A stretch of 63,628 nucleotides of DNA, counting the filler, from Sphacelaria rigidula (Eukaryota): the NCBI GenBank assembly GCA_964200075.2. It is 6 parts of 6 records of this genome, joined end to end, with 100 filler letters (N's around TTAATTAATTAA, not from the genome) between each part and the next. Parts side by side here need not be neighbours in the genome. Positions count along the whole stretch, not along the records: positions 53,108 to 63,628 come from CAXNAA020006345.1; 5 more parts are not named here. One strand, written 5' to 3'. This document shows, piece by piece, positions 62,247 to 63,628 of this stretch. Positions within the stretch are counted from its first letter, which is position 1. Each line of letters begins with the position of its first letter. Below the pieces are notes generated by a model. The model searched no databases. It had not been told where the DNA came from and saw only the letters and a program-made list of their open reading frames with translations. The translations under genes and the position numbers were made by a program.

Positions 62247-62779
62247 CACCACACTGTGCGTACACGATGGATGCTGTGCTCTATACTTTTGTGCCGGTTT
62301 CTAGCGGCGCATGGACGTGTACTGCAGTACACTAGACCTCGCCCCCCAACCTTTCGCCAAGAACCCATGACTAAGACGTTCTCGATTTCAGGTTATAGTC
62401 TGAGCCCTGACATTCGCAACACTCATTGACGGGCTGACAGCTTCGAGTGATTCTAGGGTACCGGACTATATTGGCGTACAATATACCCTCCTCGTGGTTC
62501 GTGTGCCCCGTACCGCGTGGGCGAATACAGCACATTTTCCAGCTCCATTTATTTATTCATCATTCGAGTTTTGACAAGACAAGTTCTGTCTGCTGACTCT
62601 CACAAACAAAATTGATTGGGCACTGGTGAAGATGAGCAAGCTTCAAGTAAGCCACTCGTGCATAAACTGTCGCCATTTATGCTGGGCGGGTTGTGCCCCC
62701 CACACCCCCTCTCAATCCCCCCCCCCCACCCCGACTAGTGAACAACCACGGAGATCGACATAGAAATCGAAAAAGAAAC

Positions 62780-63628
62780 CAACGCGTGGGAAGAGGCAAA
62801 TGTAGAGATGTCGAAAGGGAGGATAGCGGCTCGACAGAATTGCAAAGAGAGGTTACTAGAGATGATGAAGGAGTGCGTAGCTCAACTCAAGAACAGAAAG
62901 GCAGCAGCGGCAGACAAAATAGTAAATAAATATATTTCTCAAGTACGGTGGATAAGAAATGATTACCATGATGGTTATGCTGTGTAACTGGATCTGGGAA
63001 AACGAGTACACACCCAAGAGATGGAGAGAAGGAGTAGTCGCCAATCTCTTCAAAAAGGGACACAGGACTGACGCAGGAAACTAGAGAGGGATAAAGCTAC
63101 TGAGCACGGTAAGGAAAGCATTCTGTAAGATTCTGAACGATAGAGTAGGAACGATGCTAGAAAAGGGGGACAGAATCAGCGAGGGACAAGTAGGATTTAG
63201 ACCAAACTGCAGTTGCGTACACCATGTGTATACACTAAGTACGATTGTTCAGGGTAGGAAAGACACCGGGCTGACAACGTACTGTTTGTTTCTGAACGTG
63301 CAAAAGGTTGTGGGAAGCTGGGATCAGAGGAAAGATGTGGAGAATGGCGGAGAAGATAACAGAATGTGCCAAAAGTACCATGATGTTAGACGGGAAAGTA
63401 TCGAAATATGTTTTTACATTTTACAAGGAGCTGCACAAGGATGTACGTTATTACCCACTTTGTTCAAGGTATTTATTAATGACCTGATGATAGCAGTAGA
63501 AGCAGCAAAGCAAGGGGTCAAGGTGGGTGAAGATATGGTATCAGGATTGATGTTCGCGGATGATCTTGTGGGGATTTCAGAAACATCAGAAGGGTTACAG
63601 ACGCAGATAGACAATGCGCTATAATACA
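62780..63628 (+). mobile_element. Second LINE family, RT fragment truncated by the window end
   Basis: WREGVVANLFKKG..D.GN*RGIKLLS, EGQVGFR, GAAQGCTLLPTLF.VFINDL and LMFADDLV; internal deletion and a stop codon. Confidence 0.93.

Noticed and set aside
62144..62368. Arg-rich protamine-like ORF
   Set aside because: Translation of the (GAC)n microsatellite.

Overview
Eukaryotic, intron-containing, transposon-dense DNA. The taxon is most likely a brown alga or another stramenopile, inferred from the gene and retroelement families and not proven. The window is not contiguous. It is six separate contigs of near-identical length (1-10522, 10623-21144, 21245-31765, 31866-42386, 42487-53007, 53108-63628; 10,521-10,522 bp each) joined by 100-bp N44-TTAATTAATTAA-N44 spacers, so nothing can be linked across a spacer. 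Host genes are fragmentary: the first exon of an HSF-type transcription factor (minus strand), the 3' part of an extremely acidic three-module repeat protein, and the first two exons of a secreted parallel beta-helix-like protein. The rest is mostly mobile DNA: two chromodomain-bearing Ty3/gypsy elements (one an internally deleted derivative with both LTRs), solo LTRs with 4-bp TSDs, two degenerate LINEs, a tRNA-derived SINE family (5 copies), several MITE/foldback elements, hAT and possible DIRS/Ngaro remnants, and a ~500-bp dispersed family present in 4 of 6 contigs. I found no CRISPR array, Fanzor/TnpB, ribozyme or intact autonomous element. The best leads are a TGT..ACA MITE with a 5-bp TSD carrying telomere-like repeats, the polyanionic repeat protein upstream of the beta-helix gene, the SINE family, and an extra domain after a gypsy chromodomain.
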